Shown: piece after piece, positions 11,900 to 24,934 of the stretch
How the letters are laid out: each line of letters opens with the position of its first letter
Position numbering within the stretch: the first letter of the stretch is position 1
DNA from: Octopus sinensis
Taxonomy: Eukaryota
Assembly: GCF_006345805.1 (NCBI RefSeq)
Contig: NC_043013.1
Coordinates: 54,064,001-54,128,000 of the forward strand
Direction of reading: 5' to 3'
Length of the DNA stretch: 64,000 bases
The notes under the pieces: model-generated
Database searches by the model: none
The model's input: the letters and a program-made list of their open reading frames with translations, nothing else
Told to the model about the DNA's origin: nothing
Program-made: the position numbers and the translations under genes

Positions 11900-12840
11900 G
11901 CTAAATCAGCTTTGTTCCGAGCAAGGATCAGATCAACATTCCACCTATTGGAGAATTTATTCCTCTTCATAGAAGAATGGTAGGTAGGTTTATGGTGAAG
12001 AGATTTGGGACACATCTTTACAAGAATGATGTTATGGAAGTTGCTGAATATTATAAGAATGATCATGTTTCAAATGGTTATTTAAATATCAAACATGACA
12101 TTGGCACTCTCAGTTCATCTGTCTCCCTTCCTCTCCATCATATATATAACTTTGCCAGCTCCCACCACTGTGTCTAATCCTTCCTCCTAGAAAGTCAACT
12201 CTCTGGACCTCCCTCTCTGTGGATGTCTACTTGCAACAATTAATGCCATAATTCTTGAAAGGTCTCTGAAGGCTATCAGCACTACTGCCTCTTTCTTTTG
12301 ACCCAGTAAATAATATAAGAAACAATGAGACACTTCATTAGGACAAACTACTTCAGGCTAATGACCATTTCTGTAATTGTTGAGATGTTCCATCCAGATA
12401 TGGACAACAGAGTAATAGAATACTTTATTAGAAGACAAGGCTGTAAGAATCAAGTGGTATTCAAAAGAAATTAAGAGGCTCTGAGTTACCTGATCACTAA
12501 CTGGTAAACAAAACATCAGATTGGAGGTTTCTGAATGTTTTGTATGGTAAGGATGAAGAATTCTGGATTGTAAGACATTTATGTGAACCAGGATGTTATT
12601 GGGTAGATATGCATTTAAATGGCAAATGCTGTCTCTGAGATTTAAAAGAGGTATGGCAGTGTGACTGTAAGAAACTATCATATGAAAAAAATGAAGGGAG
12701 TGATGTTGAATGAAAAGGTGTGGTGAGTTGACTTTGTTGCTGCAGCCAGGGGTTGGAACCCAGCCATAAGAGAAGATAAGAGAATGATGGGGAGCTAGCA
12801 ATGTAATTTGTTATGGTCATGGCCAGTCAAAGAGAGGCTT
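11900..12840. pseudogene. Highly decayed LINE (CR1-like) endonuclease-region remnants
   Basis: Weak motif resemblance only (PPRKSTLW on + near 12184; ILVHINV on -). Boundaries uncertain. Confidence 0.3.
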
Positions 12841-15390
12841 ATTTAAGTGTTAAAGCTTCAAGTTGATTGGTATTATCTAGTACATTCAGTTAGGTGCACA
12901 ATTTGTTAAGCTCAAAAGCTGGTATGGATATTAACAAGTATATGATCAAAGCAGATCGACTAATGATGAGAATTATAGATTTGATGAGTTAATGGAACAT
13001 ATCAGAAAATCAAGAAAGAATCATAGGAAATCTATAACAACACATGATATGTTAAATTAAATGGAAATTGATATTGGAAGAGGATATGGAACCATAGATC
13101 ATGTGTTTCCAGTATGATAGATATAAAGAAGACTTGATTTTATTCTATTCTCAGTAGTTTAGTAGTGACTAAGAAAGTTAGTGGGCCAAGCAGAAAACGA
13201 AAGTGCTATAAACCAAGGATTACATTTTAGCAGCAAATTATCTTTATTTATTTGTTTTCTTGAGACAATAGATCAGGAACTTTGTCATGGTCTCCTTGCA
13301 GAGATATATTCAGAAATAATTTCTCATCTCGAAGCATTGTCAAAATTAAATAGACTAAATTTTAACATTATAAAGACCGGTCAGAAATTAGACTGTGGAT
13401 TAAGGGCAAGCAGTAGGTATGAAACCTGTGCAAGTTCATTCCTGATTATTTTATTTACACCAAATGTACAAGAGTTGTTAACAGAAAGGGCAGCCATGAA
13501 AATATTTTATTGGTTTGCCCTGAAGACATACTGGAAACCCTTGATAGTTTCACTGAATTAGGTGATACGATGAGTGTTGGGAGCAAGAGTCAAATGACTG
13601 TAAGAGGTGGGATTAAGATAGACAGAAGGGTTTCTATTGTTATTTGTAAAGAAATGTTAGTGAGGGATGTGTTGAGTTTATGTTGGATGAGTGATAATAA
13701 CTTGAAAAATGACAAAGTGCAAGTAGGTTGAGTTCACTTGGATGATCTGCATTTTTTCCAGTCAGATCTTTAGAAATGTGTCTCATAACTAAGAAATAAA
13801 TTATATTAAATATATTGTATATACTAGCAGATAGGTCACACTTCTTTACCAAAAATTCCAAGGAAAATCAGAGGTGTGACCTATCCGAAGGATCTGAAAT
13901 AGACTGGTGTATAAGTAGTCCAGGCATGTACCCTAGGCCTTGGACTTTTAGTTTCCAAGTTGTTATGGAAACCTTTTTGTGATGTCTGTTTCCTAAAAAG
14001 TGGAAACTAGGAGTCTGTGTATTGGTCTTTTTGACAACATCGATTCACCCTGTTTTTTAGTTTAAAAATTTTAATAATTGCAAACCCTAAATCATGAATA
14101 AGAGAAAGAGTTATGAAATAGGTTTTAAGCTGAAAATAGTGGATAATGCAGAATAACATGGAAAATCGGCTGAAAGAGTTTGGTGTTTGAGAAAAGGTGG
14201 TGAGAAGATGGAGGAAGCAGGAGGAACAGCTTAAAGAAATGCCAAATTCAAAGACAGCAGCATGGTTTGCAGCATCTCCATGCTAAAATCTTGAAAAAGA
14301 ATTGTGATTAGGTTGTAGACTGCAGAAATAATGGTCTCGGTGTAAACAAAGCCCTTCAGCTTATCCAAAGTACCATCTTATGCAATTTAAGTCCTCAGTA
14401 GGGTAGTGGCGTACGAGATTTATGAATAGATGTGGATTGACACTATGTCAAAAAACTCATATTGTTCAATAACTGCCAAAAGACATTGATGAAAAAACTC
14501 ATTATTTTGCAAACTTTTTTCTGAAGGAGTGTAAGATGTTTCAGTTCTCCCTAGAAAATACTGGAAACATGGATGAAACTTCCATGTATTTTGATATGCC
14601 GGGAAACACTAATGTGGATGGAGTGGGAAACAAAACTGTTACAGTAAAAACTACAAGGCACGAGAAACAACATTTTACTGTAATGCCAGCCTGTCATGTT
14701 GATAGAAAAAAAACTTCGTCCAATGGTTATCTTCAAAAGGAAGAATATACTGAAGGATTCCATTCCACCAGATGTTATTTGTGAAAGTACACCCTAAGGA
14801 ATGGATAGACAAAAACTTAAATGCTTGGGTGGATGAAATCTGGATGAAAAGACCAAGAACCTTGCTCAAACCCAGAAGTCTTCTAGTATGGGACATGTTA
14901 AGCAATGAAGGCTTAGTTGATGGAATACCAAACAAGGTAAGCAGTCATTTCTGGTGGTTGCACCTCTTTTTTGCTGCCACTTGATGTTTCAGTAAATAAG
15001 TGTTTCAAGACTTAGATTCGAAAATTGTGGACATCTTGGGATGATATCTGGTGAAAAGGAATTTTGGAATTTACTAACGGTGAGTCATTGAGAAGACCTG
15101 GACTGAGCTTAGAAGTAGAATCGGTGACGAAAGTAATTATCTGGGAAGAACTAATTATGAAGACCTTCAAAAAATGTGGCATCACAAATGCTATGGATGG
15201 CACTGAAGACGATGAGGGTTTGGCTGAATCAAGCACAGAAAAGACAGAGAATGAGGATGGAGATGAACATTGCATAACTGATGATGAGCTGAATGGCTAC
15301 GCAGTAACTGATGAACAAATGAAAAGAATGTTTGACATTGATGATGATGAAGGAGAATCTTTGGGTTTTAATCATGATGAAGTTTAATAA

Positions 15391-15780
15391 TCTCTATATA
15401 TAAAGCTGAAGTTGTCTGAGTATGGCAGGTTTGGTAGCCTTCAACTAACACTGTCTCCTCCGAGACCCTGCGGTGCAAGTTGACCAAAATTGAAAGTATG
15501 ATAGAAGGAGGCTTGTTCTTTATTCCGTAGAAAATAAAATTCAAATCGGACCATGTTAACAGCAAAAATTATTTACATCAAAAAGGTGCTTTTTTTCTAT
15601 GAAAATCCCTATTTTTTACGATTTTTTTACTGTTGTGTCGCCATTTTTCGGTGTATTTCAACCAGAAAAATGTTCACTTAAAGAGAATAACATGCTACAT
15701 AATGCAAAATTTTTACTTTTCAAAAATTCCAATTCTAAAGGGTCGAAACAAACCTGAGCAACGCTGGGCGATACTGCTAG
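15391..15780 (+). mobile_element. Non-autonomous Helitron (390 bp)
   Basis: Inserted between A15390 and T15781. Starts TC, ends CTAG. Subterminal GC hairpin cctgagcaacgctggg ~12 nt before the end. No TSD. Confidence 0.85.
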
Positions 15781-16008
15781 TTATATCTAAATGAATAAAC
15801 TCTTTTCTTATGCAACATTTTTTTCTGTTCTGTTTGTAATTCCAGATATTTTTCCTGACGAGTTGATACTTATTTTTTTTTTTTTTTGTCGAGTTGATTT
15901 ATCAATTAGACTACTTTCATAAAGTCACCTCTGCAAAAATGTTTTAATATTTGTCAGCAAAGTTTTGCAACAAAGGTGAATATTTGATAATATTTAACAG
16001 ATGTTATG

Positions 16009-16212
16009 TTGTGTCTGGGGAGAGACATTTTCTTTTTGTGCCTTATAATGTAACACACTCACTGTTAAAATTTCCACTTATTCCTTATTTTTATTTTCCT
16101 AAAATTTTCGTTGTGTTTTGCAACCTTTTCAATAGTCTTGACTCTGTCTGTTCTGTCCGGTGAGTGTGTTATATTATAAGGCACAAAAAGAAAATGACTC
16201 GCCCAGACACAA
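16009..16212. mobile_element. MITE-like hairpin element with ~53-bp terminal inverted repeats
   Basis: ttgtgtctggggagagacattttctttttgtgccttataatgtaacacactcac (16009-16062) pairs with gtgagtgtgttatattataaggcacaaaaagaaaatgactcgcccagacacaa (16160-16212). Confidence 0.7.
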
Positions 16213-16845
16213 TAGAATATGCTTCAACACACAAACTCATATAAAGAACCTTGCAAACCAAATCCCAAAACAAAATAACAGATGTTTGCTATATTTACAT
16301 TAAAAACGGGCCATGTAACTTCCCAGATTATAGTGCGACCTATCTGTGAGTCAATTGCAAATACCTGCTTTGACAACACCAAATTATCCACTGGTGTGAC
16401 CTATCCATGAGTAAATACGGTCATCAATTAATAATAAACACTAGGATTCATTAGCAGCACAAAGCCAGAGGTGTGTAACAGAAGGGTTTTGAATTAAATG
16501 ACTCTGCTCTATTACATGCATGGTATTTCTTGTTACAATCTCCTGAAGGAATGGTAAAACACCTGTAGGTTAAAGTTTAAACCTAGGGATGTTTACTTGC
16601 GATATAGAACAATAATACTGTAAATTGTCAAGTATGGTATGATACTCTGGCTGTCTCAGATAATAGTGAAGTTGGTAAATCAATACAGCATGATTTCGAG
16701 TCATGAATATGTGGAGATGTAGTTGTTTGAAAGTAGAAAGTCATCTGGGTCTCCAGTTCTATGTTACTGATACCTACTTCATAGAAATGTAGAATTTATT
16801 TTCGGTTTTAGATTCTACAAATTTGTCAACCATTATTTTACATTC

Positions 16846-17437
16846 ATTGCTTGCCCATGCTGGTGACACGTAAAAAGCACCGTCCGAGCATGGGAGATGC
16901 CAGCGCCACCTGACTGGCATCCGTGTCTGTGACATGTAAAAGCACCGTCCGAGCATGGGAGATGCCAGCGCCACCTGACTGGCATCCGTGTCTGTGACAT
17001 GTAAAAGCACCGTCCGAGCATGGGAGATGCCAGCGCCACCTGACTGGCATCCGTGTCTGTGACATGTAAAAGCACCGTCCGAGCATGGGAGATGCCAGCG
17101 CCACCTGACTGGCATCCGTGTCTGTGACATGTAAAAGCACCGTCCGAGCATGGGAGATGCCAGCGCCACCTGACTGGCATCCGTGTCTGTGACATGTAAA
17201 AGCACCAACCGATTGTGGCCGTTTGCCAGCCTGCTCTGGCCCCTGTGCCGGTGGCACATAAAAAGCACCCACTACACCCACAGAGTGGTTGGCATTATGA
17301 AGTGCATCCAGCTGTAGAAACTCTGCCAAATCAGACCTGAGCCTGGTGCAGCCTCCATGGCTTACCAGACCCCGGTCGAACCAACCAACCCATGCTAGCA
17401 TGGAAAATGGACGTTAAATGATGATGATGATGATGAT
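16846..17437 (+). mobile_element. RTE-LINE 3' UTR fragment with internal tandem amplification and (GAT)n tail
   Basis: Same 3' UTR sequence as 2193-2500 in the opposite orientation; ends catgctagcatggaaaatggacgttaaatgatgatgat. Confidence 0.85.
16876..17200 (+). repeat. Minisatellite, five identical 65-bp units
   Basis: Unit agcaccgtccgagcatgggagatgccagcgccacctgactggcatccgtgtctgtgacatgtaaa starts at 16876, 16941, 17006, 17071 and 17136. Confidence 0.97.
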
Positions 17438-18182
17438 CAAGGATGCTTTAAAATTGTGACATAAATAGATAATGGAAGAAGTAATTCCTGCTTCATTCAA
17501 GCAACACACTTTGCTGAGAATCCTTCAATGAATGGATTCCAATGCAAAAGTATTGCCATTAATTTTGTGGTGAAAATAGGAGGTTTATGTTTCAGATTTG
17601 CCTAGCTATCAGGATCAGAGCCATATTAATTCCATAAAGGTTGACATAGTTTTTCACTGAACTAGAAGTAGGAGTCAAATTTCATATAAATCACACCAAG
17701 CTGTCTTAAAAAGAGAAGGGAGCTATTGAATAACTAGATGGTGAGAAAAAGATGGGCTGATCATGACTGAAATGTCTTTGATCCAACTTCTGTTTGTGTT
17801 GAGGCTAAACAGATCATGACTAAATCATACAACTCACTTAGCCATGGTTCATCACTTATGGACTCATTGCTTTCATAATGTGTCTAATTAAGTCACTTCA
17901 TTACGTCTTTATTTAATAACCATTCTCATAATTGGAATATTTATTGTTTTTACATCAATCAAACTCATAATAATCTCACAACTGGATTAGTCAATTGTTA
18001 GAACATCTGAGGCACTAATTCCTGGTAGTATTTTTTTCTAGATCTTTGCATCCTTATTTTAAATTCAACCATGGTCGGCATCACTTTTCAACCTTCCAGA
18101 ATCAATAAAGTAACAGTCCAAGGTAGAGGGAATGGGTTTGATTATTAATGTATTATTTTTGTCTGTGGTATTTTTGTCTGTG

Positions 18183-18238
18183 GTATTGGAAGCTGTTCTA
18201 GGTTAGACTGCACCTGATGAGGAGAATGGTCAGAGGTC
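18183..18238 (+). repeat. 56-bp direct repeat, copy 1
   Basis: Identical to 19094-19149. Confidence 0.9.
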
Positions 18239-19093
18239 GCAGTAGCTCACAGTATTTGTCACCTGTGATGTTGGTAGTGCTAAGATGCATCAGCCCTGCC
18301 TTTCCCATGGACAACCTAAATGATATGAAGAAGGAGACCTGCATGGGTAAGGAACACTCAGAGTTCAACTTGAGGTCTTAAGCAATAAATCAGAGGTTCA
18401 GCCCCATTCCATATTGTCTAACAATTAAGAAAAATTATGATCTTGTTTTTAGCTGTACAGCAAATAGCTGAAACATTTTCAGATAAAATGTTATTTTTAT
18501 TACACTTATCTTTGAGAAAAACACTCCACGATAATGTGAAAGCAATTTTATGAAAGGATAATAAATGTTTTGGAATAGGTTGATGATTGCATCTAAGTAT
18601 AATATTAAAAAGACAATCTGATGGAAAAATTATAGTATACAGTTTTTTTTTTAATCTTTTTTAAGAAATTTTTTATATCTGAGACATTTTGAGAAAGTAT
18701 TTCTCATAACATGAACATAAAACAAAGAACAAGTTGTTACTAAAGGTGAGCAGTAGATTATTTTTAGAGTAGATTAAATGTGCTAAGCTGAACACCTTGT
18801 TTCCATTCACATTCTGAGATCAAATCCTGCTTTAGTTCTCATCATTTTATGGTTAAAATTAACACCACTTAAGAATTAAAGGAAGGTGGGGTGCAAATTA
18901 ATTGATTGATGACTGTACACTATTTTGTGATTTTGTATCAAAATAAGATGTCATTGTTAAAATCGTTTTAAATATAATAGGATCACATACTGGACTGTAG
19001 TTAAAATCTGACATTTTACATAAAAAATTTGTTAAATTCAAACACGTGATCAGATTTTATTGGTTAACTCTCTTCTAGTCAGTGGGTATGTCA

Positions 19094-19149
19094 GTATTGG
19101 AAGCTGTTCTAGGTTAGACTGCACCTGATGAGGAGAATGGTCAGAGGTC
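19094..19149 (+). repeat. 56-bp direct repeat, copy 2
   Basis: Identical to 18183-18238. Confidence 0.9.
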
Positions 19150-22100
19150 ATGCTTATATTCAATTGTCCTAAACTGACATACGGGATGACAGAATGTAGC
19201 TGTAGCTGATATGGGAGCAGAGAAAGGCTTTCTCAAAAGATGCAGATCTGAGAAAGAAAGATCAGGTGTGTTCAGTGATACAAGAGTCTGAAATGGGATT
19301 CAATGGGGATTATAAGATTAAGAAATTAAGTGCATCAATGGTGTAACAATAAGAGGAACAAAGCTCAGTGCAGAAGTGATAAAAATAAATATCGGAGAGG
19401 TGCACAGTTCAGTGTTAAGCCAGTGGTCATAAACATTTGGTCAGATATCTTTTCACTGATATGAGAGTGAGTGTCGACCAAGATGTGTGTTCAGTGTACA
19501 AATTTGGGATGTATTTTGTAAATAGTGATGTTTTCATTAGAGGAACTGCTGGTGGTGATGGTGAGGTGGGAGGAAAAAAAATAGCAATAGATTTGTTAAA
19601 GTATAAATTTAGTATGTACAAAATTTAGCCCTGTATGTTAGATGTGGATTTGAAAACAAACAGGTTAATGAAAAAGCAATTTAATTATTAGCTTGTTGCC
19701 CTGTCTCACAGAAATGTCAGCTAATCACGGCAAACAAATAAGGAGAATGACAGTCAAAGTATGTTCTACTCTTTCTTGCTGGAAGACTTGACCCTTAAAA
19801 AATAATAAAACACTGAAACTGAATTAGTTTTCCAGTTCTTTTTGATAATATAGAAAGAGAAGATATTAGAAATGATTAGCTCTTAATTGTCTGTGATTAT
19901 GTCTTTTAGTCAGTGCATGTTTAACAAATTAGCTATAAAATGTGCAAATAAAAGAATTCTTAGTAATTTTAATTGAATTTTCAAGTTTATCATTCTGAAT
20001 ATGCTCCAAGGTTAGTAACAGTTTTATAGTTTCAGTATTAAAACTGCAGTTTGAAGATATTCTTAATTAACTACTAATTTAGAATCAAGCTTGACTTGTT
20101 ATAGACTAACAAATATTCCTGTTCAGAAATTAACAGTAGGTTAAATTTTTCGACTAACATTTTGAAATAATTGCTTCAAAATATTTTCTTGGAATGAAAA
20201 GAACATATTTTTCTTATCTCTCAGAATACCTGTTAAATATTGAATCATGGGAGGGTCATATTGCCAGTTAGGACATGCACACACTTTGTTCTGTTTCACT
20301 TCTTTCTCACCAGTTTATTAATTGATTGCTTCACTAATTGTTTGATCAATCAATGGACACATCACGATAGAAATAGTGCATGGTAGGCACATCATTAATC
20401 AAGCTGCTACAAGGAACTTAAGGACTCTGACAAGCCAACTGATTCATTGATCAAATTTATTAGTCAAGGAATTAATTATTTAACTAGATGACTAATGAAA
20501 TGCATCCAAAGTGTGTGTTAATATCAACAAAGTGACCCACCCCCCAAGATGCAATAACATCTGTTTCAAGATACTTCACACCAAGAAACTTACAAAACAA
20601 ATACAAAATTGAAATAATTGTCCAATGTTTAAAATTCATAAAGTAAACATGAACATATATCCAATAAGTAGAAATAGAAATTATTTGGTAATAATTAATG
20701 ATTTTTTATGTCTAATTACTAATGTGCAATGTTTTAATCCTGTGTAGGCTGACACAGGAATAAACTAAAGAATTTAAGTACGAAACAATTGCTAAAATAT
20801 ATTCCTGTGCTAGGTCTGGACAGAAGAGATAATAAAAGAGAGAGAGAGAGAGAGAGAGAGAAATAACAGAATTAGAGTGAAAAAGCTAAAGCTGTGATGC
20901 ATTTATATAATGCAATACAGCAGTTGACAACTAAAGGAAAGAATGGCAAATACATAAGTTATAATTTGCTCAACTTCAAAAGTTTTTTTGACAGTCAATT
21001 CTTTGGGATTAAGTGAAGCCTGAAGAACATAATGTTTGTATAATGAGAACTAGGCATCAGTTTTACGACGGTTTTATTGGTCTTCAGATAGATTATGAAT
21101 CCAAAGATGAAGTCAATTTTTTTGTTGTTGATTCTGTTACAAATACAGGTTTTAAAAGATTTCAAGGATAATTTCATTTGGAAAAATGACAACATGATTA
21201 TTGACCCTTGAACTAATCAATGTTTTTAATCAACAATGAAAGAAAATATTATTGTGACCTGACCTCATATTTCCAAGTTGGTTTGACTGTTTGATTTCTC
21301 TGCTGCACTATGACCCACCAGATGGTCAAACATCAGAGATTCTAGTAATTAGTTCAGATTCATTGAGTGTAAACTTAATAGTAACCATAAATTGGAATCT
21401 GTCCAACTTTCAGTCTTTTAAAGTTCAATCTCCACACTTGTTAGATTTTGAAGCTCTGTCATTTATTACAGCATACAATTTTATTTGCTAACTTTGTGCA
21501 TATTTCAAATTGAGTTTTCTTATTTTCTCTTTCTGTTTTCATACTTAAAAATTTTATGATTAAATCATTGAACACAAGTCAAGTGAAAGTAGATGTAGTG
21601 ATAATTTTGAGCAAATCTTTAACCTCGAGTCGATTTGTTATGTGAAGCAGAAATTATATGAAGAGTGTTTTAACCTTTATGTCTGTAATATTATTAGGTT
21701 AACCATTTCATGCATGGAATAGCCAGTTGTGGTTACATACTTGCATATCAATGGTGCAAAAGAAAACCAATCTCTGACATGATTTTTATTGTTTAATCTG
21801 TCTATTTCCTCCCATCAACTTCATAATGGAGCTAGTTTTATATACATGTTTTTGATAACAACATCTAAATACAGAATAAAAAGGATTTTAAGCTTAATAG
21901 GGGTTACCTAGCATATATCCGAACACAATAGTCTTTGGGGGAAATGGCAAATCTGGCAGAATACAGGATTAAATGTAGTTAGTTATATAGCTTTACATTC
22001 AGTCAAAATATTGCTGAAGCTGTCTTCTGAAATCGTTCATTGTTTTCAGGTGATGAAGTAAATCCTAACCAATGACTAACTATTAAAATTGGCTACAGAC

Positions 22101-22485
22101 TTAACCATTTTTTGTCTTAAACTAGCATTAGAAACCTATATTGAGATACAAGAGTAGTCAGCACAGATAACTGTTTGCAGTTACAGCTGGCCACATATAT
22201 AAACTACGTTATAAAAGAAAATGAGAAACCAGATGCATGCTGTCTCTTTGACACCCCCCTCTCTCTCTTTTTATGCTTTGAAATTCTCTTATAACTGCAT
22301 TGTTAGTTTACTCTGAATAACTTTCACATTTCATTTGTAGGTGTTTGATATAATTTTCAGTTTTTTTCTTCATAATATTAAAACACTGGAAGTAAATAAA
22401 GGCTATAAGAATTTACAATGAATTCTGTTTACAATTACAATTTGAGGATATTATTTAAAAAAAAAAAGAATTAAAGATGAATTAC

Positions 22486-22673
22486 CCGAAAACTTTCTGT
22501 ATCCTTACTGCCTAATTTTGGACATGGCCTTCCACCATATAGAGGGCTCTGCTCAACAGTTCTGTACCTCTCACGGAAGCCATAACCACATGAAGCATTA
22601 CACGTAGACCAAGAACTCCATTGTGACATCAGACAATCTACTGGGCAAGAAATAGAACAGGATTCGAATTTAT
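22486..22673 (-). CDS. THSD7A: THSD7A/B-like internal coding exon (DKFESCSISCPVDCLMSQWSSWSTCNASCGYGFRERYRTVEQSPLYGGRPCPKLGSKDTESFR)
   Basis: Acceptor ttatttttcAG at 22675-22674, donor GTAATT at 22485; 188 nt, phase 1 in and phase 0 out. Classic spondin-type TSP1 repeat. Confidence 0.95.
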
Positions 22674-22785
22674 CTGAAAAATAAAATATTAAGTTGAAGC
22701 AATAAATAGTGTTAAATGAAACAGTTACAACCTGTGGGACCAGAAATCTTTTTACATATCTCAGACAATATATTTGTAAAGTCTT

Positions 22786-22827
<42 letters not shown>

Positions 22828-24669
22828 TTTGTATTTAATATATAGCAAATTGAATGTGAAATACCGTATATTGTAAAATTTGCACACATTACTTCTTATA
22901 TTTGGTAACATATTACATAAAGAACTAAAAGATATCTTTCAGAAATAGTTTAGCAGATGAATTGGGGGGGGGGGAGAATTCATAGTTTTATATATTGTTC
23001 ACTAATTTTGTTTTAAAGGTTTGTCTGGAGAACCAAACTAAGCAAGACATCTTAAAGTTCATTTTGTTTTCAAATACTTTTGCATTTTTATAAAATTTTC
23101 TGTTTTACATGAAATATTCAATTTCTATAGGTTTAATTTGTTAATATTATTTGTTAATTGTCAGCTAATTTAAAGCAATTACATGTCTCAATTGTCAGAA
23201 CAGATACCTAGTGATTGGAATAATTGTGGTTTATTCACCAGAACTGATTATGAGAAAATACAAAACTATGAAATGAAGAAATTATTTAGTAATAACTGTA
23301 GAACTGTAGAAATATTTTGTCTTCAAATATTCTGCACGCACATATATTTAAATATACATATGCACACTGATACACACACACACACAAAAACATATCATGT
23401 GTACACATGTATGTGTGTATGTATAAGATATATTAATATATTGTCTGTTTTGGAGTGCTGATGGTGTATACGTGTTATATAAGTGGTTTTGTATGTCTAC
23501 ATACGTACGTTGATCTCTGTTGAATGAATGGGAGGAGTACTCGATACATGTTGTAGACCATAGGGTCATTATTTATGTGTGTGTGTGTGAGAGAGAGAGA
23601 GAGTCTGTGAAGCTGAGTGTATATGTACATGTGAAGTTGCAATCATGTATAGATGTTATCATGCTTGTGTGTGTGTGTGTGTGCATGCATCTACAGTACA
23701 TGTGACATGGTAAACATTTAATAAACTTCATATGTGTTTATATATATTCATTCACTTAAACTGCGCATGAATGCTTTAGATTAAGCAATGAGAGACAGTG
23801 CATTACAAAGCAATGATATGCATTTTACTTGTAACTAACACTAAATAATGACTGCATTCTAGTTGAATAAAGCATGGAGGCACCAAATGTGTTGATGAAG
23901 GAATGGAGCTATCAGTCACAGCCTAATTTTCAATCTGCCTATATGCAATGTAATATTTTGTACACATTTTACACTTTGTATTGTGTGCTTTAACTTTTTG
24001 TTCAGACTAATAATACCATTTGCAAATATACATATATGAGACATGCACAAGTTCCACACTCCCACCGCTCTACCTTTCAGTTACTGCCTGCAGCCATCCA
24101 TGATGGTTGGGGAGGATGTGACTTCATGTATCTGCAAAGAACGATGTGTGTGCACATGCAAGAAATGACTGTGGTTAAGAAATCTTACTTCTCAATTATG
24201 AATTTTGGCTCAGTCCGACTACATGAGACCTTGGGCAAGCACATTCTTATATGATTTGTGAGTGCATGTGATTGATGAAAACTATGGAATCCTGTCTTGT
24301 GTGTATATGTTTATGTAAATGTTCACATAGTACATTTTGCCTAAAGAATCTCCATAAAACTTAGATTCTAAATAGCCACCAATTCAATCAAAACTTAGTT
24401 CAATTTCTTTTTTGTCATGACTATTTTTTTTTTCTTTTCTTTAATGCTCCTTACATTAAGCATTTTAGCATTAACTTTATTGATTCTTCAGGTGGATGCT
24501 AGCTAAGGGTAATTTATTCTGAGAACATTTCTATTTTTCTGCACCAACAAATTGACATTTACTTTGTGGTTTTCTGATCATTACTTCATAAAGCGATCTA
24601 AGAAGATCAATACATGCCTAGATTTATCTTCTGTACATAAAATAATAATAGTAAATAATAATAATAATA

Positions 24670-24903
24670 ATTTATTTCTTTGCTACCCACAAGGGGCTAA
24701 ACACAGAGAGGACAAGCAAGGACAGACAAACGGATTAAGTCAATTATATCGACCCCAGTGTGTAACTGGTACTTAATTTATCGACCCCAAAAGGATGAAA
24801 GGCAAAGTCGACCTTGGCGGAATTTGAACTCAGAACGTAACGACAGATGAAATACGGCTACACATTTCACCCGGCGTGCTAATGATTCTGCCAGCTCGCG
24901 GCA

Positions 24904-24906
<3 letters not shown>
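24670..24906 (-). mobile_element. tRNA-derived SINE (family A), well preserved
   Basis: Reverse complement of gcgagctggcagaatcattagcacgccgggtgaaatg...gttctgagttcaaattccgccaaggtcgactttgcctttcatcc...taagtaccag. Confidence 0.8.

Positions 24907-24934
<28 letters not shown>

Larger units (their letters stand above)
13813..16421 (+). mobile_element. pogo/Tigger-like (Tc1-mariner superfamily, DDE_1) DNA transposon, decayed, with nested insertions
   Basis: Pseudo-ORF 14094-15387: MNKRKSYEIGFKLKIV (HTH), GNMDETSMYFDMPG..TVKTT.HEK.HFTV, LLVWD, PLDVSVNK. Imperfect TIRs share gataggtcacac (left ~13813-13841, right ~16394-16421). Subterminal gtg(t/c)gacctatc repeats near 13875, 16332 and 16394. Confidence 0.85.

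Noticed and set aside
16876-17200. CRISPR-like array of hairpin repeats
   Set aside because: Units are contiguous and identical with no unique spacers, the context is eukaryotic, and the unit derives from an RTE 3' UTR.
16774-17401. ORFs of 120-185 aa with repeating peptide
   Set aside because: Antisense read-through of the 65-bp tandem repeat in a LINE UTR.
18214-18245. CTGATGAG hammerhead-like core in the 56-bp repeat (also at ~19125)
   Set aside because: No stem II closed by GAAA downstream.
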